NCBI GenBank assembly: GCA_024274915.1
Contig: JAJSAC010000063.1
Span: 621-64,620, forward strand
Length of the DNA stretch: 64,000 nt
Source of the DNA: Thermodesulfobacteriota bacterium
GTDB lineage: Bacteria > Thermosulfidibacterota > Thermosulfidibacteria > Thermosulfidibacterales > B14-G1
Direction of reading: 5' to 3'
Shown here: piece after piece, positions 54,462 through 64,000 of the stretch
Numbering within the stretch: the first letter of the stretch is position 1
Layout of the letters: each line of letters opens with the position of its first letter
Made by a program: the position numbers and the translations under genes
Notes under the pieces: model-generated
Database searches by the model: none
What the model saw: the letters and a program-made list of their open reading frames with translations, nothing else
Told to the model about the DNA's origin: nothing

Positions 54462-56165
54462 GTGGACTACTTTCTCTTCACAGCTGTGGTGAAGGCCCTG
54501 GGGGAGGTGCTGCCCGGGGCCCGGGTGAGGCGGGTTTTCCATACCACTCCCCTGGGGGTGGGGCTGGAACTGGGGGGTGGTATACTTTATTTCGCCCTGG
54601 ACCCTGCCAGGGCGGGGGTCTATTGGCTGAAGGACCCTTCTTTCTTGTCGAAGGAGGCGGACCACTTTGCCCGCTATCTGGGGAGCCTCCTGAGGGGGGC
54701 TGTGATCCGGAGGGTGAGCCAGGTTCCTTCCGAGCGCATCCTTCATCTGGAGCTGGTGAAGAAAGACCTGGTAGGCCACGGCGATGCCTACATCCTGGTG
54801 GCGGAGATCATGGGTCGTCACTCCAATCTCATGGTCCTTGACAATAGTGGCAAGATTCTCGAGGCGGCCAAGCGCATCTATCGGGACATGAGCCGGGTGA
54901 GGGAGGTGTTGCCGGGCAGATCCTACACCCCGCCCCCTCCCCATAACCGGTTGGATCCCTTTGCCCTGGACAGGGAGGCTTTTTTAGAACTCTTGACCCG
55001 GGAAGCCACTCCCCTGGAGTCCCTGGCCCGCCATGCCCTCTTTCCGCCCTATGCCCTGAGGGAAATGGAATACCGCATGGGGGATGTCCAGGGGCCCTGG
55101 GCCCTCCTTAAGGCCTGGGAGGTGGGGCAGGAGATGCGGGAGGAGATGGAGGAGGGTGTGGGGCATTTATATCGGAGGGGTGAAAGCCCTATAGGGGTTT
55201 ATCCCTTTCCCCTTCACCATCTGGGCCAGGGGGAGGTGGGGCCTTTGCTCTCACTCTTGGAGGCTTTTGTCCGGGAAAAGTGGGAGGGACAGGTCGCAGA
55301 GGCCCTTAGGTCTCGGCTTTTAAAGGCGGTAAGGAAGGAACTGAGGAAGGTGGGAAAGATTCTGGCTATCCTGGAAAAGGAGGAAAAGGAGACCCAGGAT
55401 GTCCAGCGGTTTAAGAAGTGGGGGGAAACCCTCTTCATCCATCTTTCCCGCATTCCTCCCGGGACCCGGGAGGTGGAGATGGAGGACCCCTATTCTCCCG
55501 GGGAGATGCTCAAAATACCCATACCCCAGGGCCTCACCCCTTCCAGGGCGGCCCAGGAGTACTTTCGTCGGTATTCCAAGCTCAAGAGGAAGGCCCGGGC
55601 TATGGCCGCTAGGAAGGAAGGGCTGGAGGCCAGGAAGGGGTATCTGGAGGAGCTGGAGTGGCTTCTGGGATCGGCCCAGGGCCTGGAGGAACTGGAGATC
55701 ATGCGGGGGGAGCTGGAGGCAGGTGGGCTTGGGATGACCAGAGACCGGGGACGGGGGACGGCAGGAAAGGGTAGGAGGAGCCAGGGTCCCAGCGTGTTGC
55801 CCTACCGGGTTTTCAGGTCTTCCATGGGGAATACCATCCTGGTGGGGCGCCACCCTAGAGGCAACGAAGAGGTAACCTTCAAGCGCTCTCACAGGCGAGA
55901 TCTGTGGTTTCACGTCAGGGCTTACCCCGGTGCCCATGTGATTCTAAAAAGCTCTCAGCCCCTTGGCCAGGAGATCCAGGAAGCAGCGGCTCTGGCGGCT
56001 TACTTTAGCAAGGCCCGTCAGTCCCCGGCGGTGGATGTGGACTACACCCAGCGGCGCTACGTGAGGAAGATTCCTAAGGCTGCCCCCGGACTGGTCACCT
56101 ACACCAACTTCTCCACCATACGGGTAGAGCCCCAGATCCCACCGGGGGTGGTGGAGGAGGGTTGA
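54462..56165 (+). CDS. rqcH: Rqc2/RqcH (NFACT, FbpA-like) ribosome quality control protein
   Basis: ERI...EIMGRHSN, R.VLPG..Y..PP, AQ.YF.RY.KLKR, VGR....NE, WFH....PG.HV, AA.LAAYFSK, VDYT. Confidence 0.9.
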   Translation: MDYFLFTAVVKALGEVLPGARVRRVFHTTPLGVGLELGGGILYFALDPARAGVYWLKDPSFLSKEADHFARYLGSLLRGAVIRRVSQVPSERILHLELVKKDLVGHGDAYILVAEIMGRHSNLMVLDNSGKILEAAKRIYRDMSRVREVLPGRSYTPPPPHNRLDPFALDREAFLELLTREATPLESLARHALFPPYALREMEYRMGDVQGPWALLKAWEVGQEMREEMEEGVGHLYRRGESPIGVYPFPLHHLGQGEVGPLLSLLEAFVREKWEGQVAEALRSRLLKAVRKELRKVGKILAILEKEEKETQDVQRFKKWGETLFIHLSRIPPGTREVEMEDPYSPGEMLKIPIPQGLTPSRAAQEYFRRYSKLKRKARAMAARKEGLEARKGYLEELEWLLGSAQGLEELEIMRGELEAGGLGMTRDRGRGTAGKGRRSQGPSVLPYRVFRSSMGNTILVGRHPRGNEEVTFKRSHRRDLWFHVRAYPGAHVILKSSQPLGQEIQEAAALAAYFSKARQSPAVDVDYTQRRYVRKIPKAAPGLVTYTNFSTIRVEPQIPPGVVEEG

Positions 56166-56245
56166 AGAACCCCCTCTTCCCTTGTGTAATAGTGGGGGAA
56201 GGATTATTAAATTTGGAGCACAGATAGATGGGTGGGGGGTAAGAG

Positions 56246-56446
56246 GTGAACCTTTTAGAGGAGACTATTAAAAGGGTGGAGAGTTTTTCAGAGGAAGAAC
56301 TCAGAGCTTTTAGGGAGTGGTTCGAGGAGTTCGATGCCAGGATATGGGACGAAAAGCTGGAAAGAGACGTTAGGGCGGGGAAGCTAGACGATCTGGCGAC
56401 CCGGGCTATGGAGGACTTTAAGAAGGGGAAGTGTACTGAGTTATGA
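56246..56446 (+). CDS. Small putative antitoxin
   Basis: EEL..FR.WF.EFDA..WD..LE.D...GKLD.LA..A; ATGA overlap with the downstream RelE/ParE-like gene. Confidence 0.7.
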   Translation: MNLLEETIKRVESFSEEELRAFREWFEEFDARIWDEKLERDVRAGKLDDLATRAMEDFKKGKCTEL

Positions 56447-56699
56447 GGCATTTTGCTTCCCCTTCTTTTTGGGATTGTTATAATAGATTGCCCAAATGGG
56501 TTCAGGGTCTGGCCGATAAGAGTTTCCAGTTGATGAAGACCCAACCTAAGCATCCTTCCCTCAAATCGAAGAAGGTAGGAAGATACTGGTCTGTCAGAGT
56601 AGGGAAGAGATACAGGGCCCTGGGAACGGAGGTAGATGAGGGGATGTCTGGTTTTGGATAGGTTCCCATTCCGATTATGATAAACTGGTGGGAAGATAA
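56443..56699 (+). pseudogene. RelE/ParE-like toxin with a frameshift near 56647
   Basis: F...Y..LP..VQ..A.K...L....P.HPSL..KKVG..WSVRVG..YRALG. The expected tail WFWIGSHSDYDKL is in another frame, ending at TAA 56699. Confidence 0.75.
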
Positions 56700-56717
56700 T
56701 GGGATCAGGAGGTGGAC

Positions 56718-57116
56718 ATGTATGAAAAAGTGAGTCACATAGGGGTGGCCGTGAGGGATTTGGAGAAGGCCAAGGAGATTTTCAGGGCCCTGGGCCTGGA
56801 AGTGGAAGGGGAAGAAGTGGTGGAGGAGCAGAAGGTGAAGGTGGCCTTCATTCCCGTGGGTGAGACCCGTATCGAGCTTCTGGAAGCCACTTCTCCCGAT
56901 TCTCCCGTGGCAAAGTTTATAGAGAAGAGAGGGGAAGGGGTGCATCACCTGGCCTTAGGAGTGGACAGCGTGGAGGCCATGCTGGAGAAGCTAAAGGCCA
57001 GGGGGGTCCGGCTGGTGGACGAGAAGCCTCGGAAGGGAGCCCACAACACCCTCATCGCCTTCCTCCATCCCAAGTCCACGGGGGGGCTTTTGCTGGAACT
57101 GTGCCAGGAAGAATAG
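56718..57116 (+). CDS. mce: Methylmalonyl-CoA epimerase
   Basis: HIGVAV, IELLE, GEGVHHLA, FLHPKSTGG.L.EL. Confidence 0.93.
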   Translation: MYEKVSHIGVAVRDLEKAKEIFRALGLEVEGEEVVEEQKVKVAFIPVGETRIELLEATSPDSPVAKFIEKRGEGVHHLALGVDSVEAMLEKLKARGVRLVDEKPRKGAHNTLIAFLHPKSTGGLLLELCQEE

Positions 57117-57154
57117 CTCGTGGCTCATGCTCATAGCTGGTGAGTAGAGGGAAG

Positions 57155-58474
57155 ATGGAGGAGTCGATTTGGCGCAAGGCCCTGTGGGGAGGGTATAACA
57201 TCCTTTTAGGGGGAGGTGCCCTGGTGGCCTCTCCCCTTTTGGCTTACAAGGTGGCTGCCACTCCCCGCTGGCGGGTGGGTTGGGAGGAGAGGGTGGCCCT
57301 GGAGTTGCCCCCCGAGCCCCAGGGGGAGCCCGTTTTCTGGATCCACGCTGTCTCCGTTGGAGAGGTGATGGCCGTATCCCCTTTGGTCAAGGCCTTGCGG
57401 GAGAAGTATCCCCAGGCCTCCATCTACCTCTCCACGGTGACGGAGACGGGCAAGGAGACGGTCTTGGAACGGGTGGGGAGGTACATAGACCATCACCTCT
57501 TCCTGCCCCTGGACTGGGCTCCTCTGGTGGGGCGGGTGGTGAGGAGGATTTGTCCCCAGCTCTTTGCCTTGGTGGAGACAGAGATATGGCCCAACCTTCT
57601 GCGGTCCCTGGCCTTGAAAGGGACCCAGGTTGTTTTGGTGAACGGGAGGATTTCCCCCTCTTCTTTTGAGGGCTACGGCAAGGCTCAGCCCCTCTTGAGG
57701 CACGTATGGAGATACTTCCAGTCCATGGCCATGCAGTCTCCCCGGGATGCCGCCCGGATTCTAGCCCTGGGGGCACCCAACGAAAAGGTGGTGGTGGCGG
57801 GTAACCTCAAGTATGACCAGGCCATCCTCCAGCTGGAGGAGGTGGATCCCCGGGAGGTGTTGGAAAGGTTCCGTTTATCCCGGGATGAGGAAGTGATAGT
57901 GGCGGGCTCCACCCATCCCGGGGAGGAGGAGTTGATATTGGATGCCTTTGTCTCTTTGAGGGGGGAGTTTCCCCATCTCACCCTCCTTTTAGCTCCTCGC
58001 CATCCCCGTAGGAGGGACGAAGTGGAGTCTGTCCTCCGGGACAGGGGAATGGCTTGGGTGCTAAGGACCCAGATAGAAGAACGCAAGGGAGAGCCCGTCA
58101 TTCTTCTGGATACATTGGGGGAGCTGGCGGCAGCTTACTCTGTGGCCAGGATAGCCCTGGTGGGGGGATCCTGGATTGACCGGGGAGGCCACAACCCCCT
58201 GGAGCCCGCCTTCTTTGCCAAGTCCATCCTCATGGGTCCTAGCTATTTCAACTTTGTGGATATGGTGGAGGACCTAAGGAGGGGAGGAGGGATAAGGGTG
58301 GTGGCTCGGGAGGATCTGGAGAAGGAGATGAGGGCCTTCCTGGCCGATGAAGGGAAGGCCAGCTCCATGGGGGAGCGGGCCCGGGGGGTGCTCTTGAGAA
58401 ATAAAGGGGCCCTGGATCGCCACATGGAGCTTATCCAGACCCTTTTGTCTGGTGGTCCAGAAGAAGCATTGTGA
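57155..58474 (+). CDS. waaA: Kdo transferase
   Basis: WIHAVSVGE, PLD, ETEIWPN, NGRIS, GNLKYD, GSTH.GEE, APRHP, DTLGEL, GGHNPLEPA. Confidence 0.95.
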   Translation: MEESIWRKALWGGYNILLGGGALVASPLLAYKVAATPRWRVGWEERVALELPPEPQGEPVFWIHAVSVGEVMAVSPLVKALREKYPQASIYLSTVTETGKETVLERVGRYIDHHLFLPLDWAPLVGRVVRRICPQLFALVETEIWPNLLRSLALKGTQVVLVNGRISPSSFEGYGKAQPLLRHVWRYFQSMAMQSPRDAARILALGAPNEKVVVAGNLKYDQAILQLEEVDPREVLERFRLSRDEEVIVAGSTHPGEEELILDAFVSLRGEFPHLTLLLAPRHPRRRDEVESVLRDRGMAWVLRTQIEERKGEPVILLDTLGELAAAYSVARIALVGGSWIDRGGHNPLEPAFFAKSILMGPSYFNFVDMVEDLRRGGGIRVVAREDLEKEMRAFLADEGKASSMGERARGVLLRNKGALDRHMELIQTLLSGGPEEAL

Positions 58475-58625
58475 CCCTGTTTTCATCTCCCTTTCATCAT
58501 GACCCATCCTTTTCTTGGCAAAGCTGGGGAAAAACGGGATAGCCCTATCAAAATCGCAGAGACATACGATTGTTACCCCCGGAATTGTCCCGGGTGAGAA
58601 TCAAGGCCTCGGTTGTTTGGGGATT

Positions 58626-58991
58626 TCAAAGGTGAGGTTGGCTTTCTCCCAGGGGCACCACGGGGCCCAGGGACTGGAGATATCTTTCCCTCTCTTCCTG
58701 GGGTGCGAGAATGAGGTCGAAGGAGATCTCCAGTCTGGATGCCAGAAGGTCGTACACCCGGGAGTAGAGTTCCCGGAAATTCTCCCGGGTGAGTCCCTGG
58801 GCTACCACCAGGATGTCCATGTCGCTGGTGCCCGTGTGATCTCCCCGGGCCAGGGAGCCGAAGAGATAGACCTCCCTCACCCAGGGCAGTTCTTTCTTGA
58901 GGGCCTGGGCTGTTTCCAGAGCCAGGGCCAGGGCCTTGTCCCTATCCAGAGATAAGACCTTTACAGAACCCCATGATCCTTTCCGCCGCAT
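58626..58991 (-). CDS. Minimal nucleotidyltransferase (MNT antitoxin)
   Basis: YLFGSLARGD....SD.DILVV. Confidence 0.88.
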   Translation of the reverse strand: MRRKGSWGSVKVLSLDRDKALALALETAQALKKELPWVREVYLFGSLARGDHTGTSDMDILVVAQGLTRENFRELYSRVYDLLASRLEISFDLILAPQEERERYLQSLGPVVPLGESQPHL

Positions 58992-59340
58992 TTATGGCCT
59001 CCAGGGCATCCTTTTGGGTGTAATAGTCGGAGGGGTTTCCCCAAGGGAATCCGTTGGGGTACCTGGTGGGTATGTACAACTTGTCCAGGGTCTTGGCCAG
59101 CTCCTTCAGGTCCCCTGGTATGGGTAGTTCCCCTTCTCTTTCTAAGACCCTTAGCATCTCCAAGAGGGAATGGCCCCAGATGGTGAGTCCCCGGTGCATG
59201 GCCAGGGCTTTCACGGCCTTTTCTGAGGCCTGCTGGCTGGTGAAACAGGCCCATTCGTAATACCCGTGCTCCAGGTCCACTCTGGCCTTTTCCAGGTCCC
59301 GTTCCCCCTGCCTTAACCAGTCCAGGTGTCTCTTCACCAC
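58942..59340 (-). CDS. HEPN-domain protein (thermophile/archaeal type)
   Basis: W..Q...DL..A......YEWACF..QQ.SEKA.KA, GHS, LD..YIPTRYP. Confidence 0.88.
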   Translation of the reverse strand: MVKRHLDWLRQGERDLEKARVDLEHGYYEWACFTSQQASEKAVKALAMHRGLTIWGHSLLEMLRVLEREGELPIPGDLKELAKTLDKLYIPTRYPNGFPWGNPSDYYTQKDALEAINAAERIMGFCKGLISG

Positions 59341-59349
59341 CTCACCCCA

Positions 59350-61127
<1,778 letters not shown>

Positions 61128-61237
61128 TTAAATGGGTATCATAGGATCAGGTGGGAAGGCCAGGCCCTCTTTTCCCCTCCCTGTGTGCTTTAAACCTGGT
61201 GGAGGCTCTGGTAATCTGAAAACAAAAAGGAGGGTTT

Positions 61238-61918
61238 GTGATGACACGCCCCACCCTATTTGAGCTAAATCACCTTTGCAACGAAGAGTCTTGGAGGATG
61301 TTTCGCATCATAGGGGATTTTGTTGAAGGTTTCGACGCCTTGCCTGCCTTTTTGCCGGCGGTTACCGTTTATGGCTCGGCCCGGGTGAAGGAAGGGGACC
61401 GGGTTTACCAGTTGGCCAGGGAGGTGGGAGTGGAGTTGGCAAAGGCGGGTTTTTCCGTCTTCACCGGAGGGGGGCCAGGGGTCATGGAGGCGGCCAACAG
61501 GGGAGCTTTTGAGGCGGGCGGTAAGTCCGTGGGCCTGAACATTGATCTACCCCACGAACAAAAGCCCAACCCTTACACCACCCTCACCTTGAATTTCCAT
61601 TACTTCTTTGTTCGCAAAGTGATGTTGGTGCGCTATGCTACAGCCTTTGTTCTCCTTCCCGGTGGTCTTGGGACCATAGACGAGTTTTTTGAGACTATCT
61701 TGCTCATCCAGACCTCCAAGATACAGCCTTTTCCTGTGGTGTTGGTGAGTAAGGAGTACTGGACGGGGCTGGTGGAGTGGCTCAAGGGTGAGGTGCTTGG
61801 CAGGGGATACATAGACGAGGACAATCTGGATATTTTTCATATCGTGGAATCGGCCCAGGAGGCTGTAGAGAGAATCATTGTCTGGTATCATGAGCACGAG
61901 AGGGAGTTTGTGATATAG
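61238..61918 (+). CDS. LOG family (TIGR00730-type) nucleotide phosphoribohydrolase
   Basis: YGSAR, TGGGPGVMEA.N, YFFVRK, PGGLGT.DE. Confidence 0.9.
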   Translation: MMTRPTLFELNHLCNEESWRMFRIIGDFVEGFDALPAFLPAVTVYGSARVKEGDRVYQLAREVGVELAKAGFSVFTGGGPGVMEAANRGAFEAGGKSVGLNIDLPHEQKPNPYTTLTLNFHYFFVRKVMLVRYATAFVLLPGGLGTIDEFFETILLIQTSKIQPFPVVLVSKEYWTGLVEWLKGEVLGRGYIDEDNLDIFHIVESAQEAVERIIVWYHEHEREFVI

Positions 61919-61926
61919 GGGAAGGG

Positions 61927-62025
61927 ATGGGTAAGGGGCTTTTCATCATAGAGGTCGTTGCCTGGGTGAATGTGGTGGCCGTTCTCATTTGGTTTGGCAT
62001 CAAGTTCTTCCGGCGTAGGCTCTGA
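61927..62025 (+). CDS. Small (32 aa) single-pass membrane protein, not in the ORF track
   Basis: MGKGLFIIEVVAWVNVVAVLIWFGIKFFRRRL*; purine-rich RBS; starts 8 nt after the LOG stop. Confidence 0.55.
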   Translation: MGKGLFIIEVVAWVNVVAVLIWFGIKFFRRRL

Positions 62026-62126
62026 GCGTGGTGCTTTTGCCTTAGTCTGGTGACGGGCAGGGCCCTCTAATGGTATGGCCCAGGCAGATTCGTTTGGAAG
62101 TTTCTTTGGGCTCTGGAGTGGGGCCC

Positions 62127-63026
62127 CTATCGTGCCCGATGGGATAATAGGGAGAGGATGATCTCTTCTATCTCTTTGTAACGGGAGATGGTCTTTTCTA
62201 TGATCTCCTGGGGCAAAGGTGGAGCTGGGGGCCTTTTGTCCCAGTCCAGGGTCTCCAGATAATCCCGGATGAACTGCTTGTCATAGTTGGGGGGGCTGGT
62301 GCCTACCTGGTAGGTCCTCTGTGACCAGAAGCGGCTGGAGTCGGGGGTGAGGACCTCGTCTATGAGGTAGAGGTTGCTTTCTTGGTCCAGGCCGAACTCG
62401 AATTTGGTGTCTGAGAGGATGATGCCCCTGTCCCACAAGAGGTTGTGGGCCCAGGAGTAGATCTCCAGGGAGATCTCCTTCACCCTGTGGGCTATCTCTT
62501 CGTTGCCGACGATCCTGACGTACTCTTCGAAAGGGATGTTTTCGTCGTGGCCACTCTCTGCCTTGGTGGCAGGGGTGAAGATGGGTCGGGGAAAGCGCTC
62601 GGCCTGTTTCATGCCCGGTGGGAGTTTTATGCCGCATATCTCTCCCGTGGTCTGGTAGTCTTTCCAGGCACTTCCAAAGAGGTAGCCCCGGGCCACACAC
62701 TCCACGTCCAGCCTTTTCAGTTTCTTCACCAGGACGGCCCTGTCTTCTAGCTCAGGGTAGTTGGCCAAAAAAGGTAGTTCTTCTTGGGGATGGGTGGAGA
62801 TGAGGTGGTTGGGTACCTGGTCTATCATGCTGAACCATTTATTGGAGATGCGGGTGAGAACCTGGCCCTTGCCGGGGATGCCTTCGTCGAAAACCACGTC
62901 GAAGGCCGAGATGCGATCCGTAGCCACCAGAAGGATTTTGTCCCCATCCGCTTGGTAAACGTCCCTCACCTTGCCGGAGAAAAGTTTCTTAAGCTCCCTG
63001 ATACTGGTACTGGTGACGGCTTCCAT
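62127..63026 (-). CDS. purC: SAICAR synthetase
   Basis: GKVRDVY, TDRISAFD, ECVARGY, FTPATK, DTKFEFG, DEVLTPDSSRFW, DKQF.RDYL. ATG 63026 follows GGAG. Confidence 0.96.
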   Translation of the reverse strand: MEAVTSTSIRELKKLFSGKVRDVYQADGDKILLVATDRISAFDVVFDEGIPGKGQVLTRISNKWFSMIDQVPNHLISTHPQEELPFLANYPELEDRAVLVKKLKRLDVECVARGYLFGSAWKDYQTTGEICGIKLPPGMKQAERFPRPIFTPATKAESGHDENIPFEEYVRIVGNEEIAHRVKEISLEIYSWAHNLLWDRGIILSDTKFEFGLDQESNLYLIDEVLTPDSSRFWSQRTYQVGTSPPNYDKQFIRDYLETLDWDKRPPAPPLPQEIIEKTISRYKEIEEIILSLLSHRAR

Positions 63027-63225
63027 TTTCTCCTCCTTCTTTATTACGGCTGTTCCCCATCTTAGTATGGTATAGGTGCTGGAGCAATGGGATCTACGAT
63101 GAAGGGAGGGAAGTTCTTTCCCTGGGCCCCTTGGTAAAAGTTTGTGGGAGCCCAGTGGACCGTTTTCTCTTGCCAAGGTGGGAGTAGGGACCTATATTCC
63201 CACTATCCCGGGGAGAAGAAGAGAG

Positions 63226-64000
63226 ATGGAACCGGTCTACACTAAATACGAGGAATACGAGGAACAGCTGGAGGATATAAAGAGGGAGATTCTTTCCCAT
63301 CACCCCCAGAGTTCCTTGGAGATATTGGAAAGGGCTTTCCACTTTGCCGACGAGGCCCACAAGGGTCAGAAAAGGAAGTCGGGAGAGCCCTATATTGTTC
63401 ATCCCCTCAACGTGGCCGTTATTCTGGCAAGGATGAGAATGGACCCTAACACTGTGGCCGCTGGCCTCCTCCACGATGTCCTAGAGGATACCGCTGTCGT
63501 TTTCAAGGATCTGATACGGGAGTTTGGTGAAGACATCGCCTTCTTGGTGGAGGGTGTCTCCAAGATTGGAAGGCTGGAGTCCAGGACCATGCTCCAGCAA
63601 CAGGCAGAGACCATAAGGAAGATGCTCCTGGCCATGGCCAAAGATATCCGGGTCATCCTTATCAAGCTGGCCGATAGACTCCACAACATGAGAACCATCC
63701 ATTTTATCCCTAGGGAGGCCAAGCGGAAACGCATTGCTCAAGAGACCATGGATATATACGTGCCCCTGGCCCACCGGTTGGGCATTGCCTGGTTGAAATG
63801 GGAGTTGGAGGATCTGGCTTTTCGAGAACTCAACCCCGAGATGTACGAGTACATCCGGGAGAGGGTGGCCAAGAGGCGGGAAGAACGAGAAGCCTACATC
63901 CAGAACATGATTCGGGTGATGAAGGAAAAGCTGGAGGCGAAAGGGATCAGGGCGGAGGTGACGGGCCGCCCCAAGAGCTTTTTTTCTATCTATAGCAAAA
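63226..64000 (+). CDS. relA: RelA/SpoT (p)ppGpp synthetase/hydrolase, 3'-truncated by the window (absent from the ORF track)
   Basis: AH.GQ.RKSGEPYI.HP, LLHDV.EDT (intact HD), IKLADRLHNMRT, PLAHRLG...K.ELEDL, GRPK..FSIY. Confidence 0.93.
   Translation, partial: MEPVYTKYEEYEEQLEDIKREILSHHPQSSLEILERAFHFADEAHKGQKRKSGEPYIVHPLNVAVILARMRMDPNTVAAGLLHDVLEDTAVVFKDLIREFGEDIAFLVEGVSKIGRLESRTMLQQQAETIRKMLLAMAKDIRVILIKLADRLHNMRTIHFIPREAKRKRIAQETMDIYVPLAHRLGIAWLKWELEDLAFRELNPEMYEYIRERVAKRREEREAYIQNMIRVMKEKLEAKGIRAEVTGRPKSFFSIYSK

Noticed and set aside
58515-58955. 146-aa plus-strand ORF
   Set aside because: Antisense to the clearly recognisable MNT gene; no motifs.

Overview
Mostly chromosomal housekeeping DNA (roughly 55% GC by eye) from an anaerobic, probably thermophilic Gram-negative bacterium (inferred from tetraheme cytochrome c3, IorAB, archaeal-type HEPN-MNT and WaaA). 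Contents in order: the 3' part of a large acidic, Tyr-rich tandem-repeat autotransporter; an aspartate-family amino-acid cluster (alaC-like, hom, apgM, lysC, cimA); an RND efflux system; PHP/TPR/iorAB; cytochrome c3; dnaG-rpoD; pilMNOPQ-aroCKQ; hisD-ppsA; two-component genes; tal; rsmA; pcc/mcm/mce; rqcH; two toxin-antitoxin pairs; waaA; eno; purC; and the start of relA/spoT. Main observations: (1) three copies of a non-autonomous 195-255 bp MITE with CAGGACTTCCC termini, 8-9 bp target duplications and a nested hairpin whose length varies in 7-nt steps; each copy sits with its target duplication 3 nt upstream of a TTG-starting sigma70 -35-like box. (2) rsmA/ksgA is split by one in-frame TGA, at a position often Cys in homologues, followed by a SECIS-like hairpin. 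(3) A second ApgM paralogue has lost its metal ligands. (4) PilQ carries a SPOR-like domain. (5) Several intergenic heptamer/hexamer repeat tracts. No rRNA, tRNA, CRISPR array or transposase was seen.
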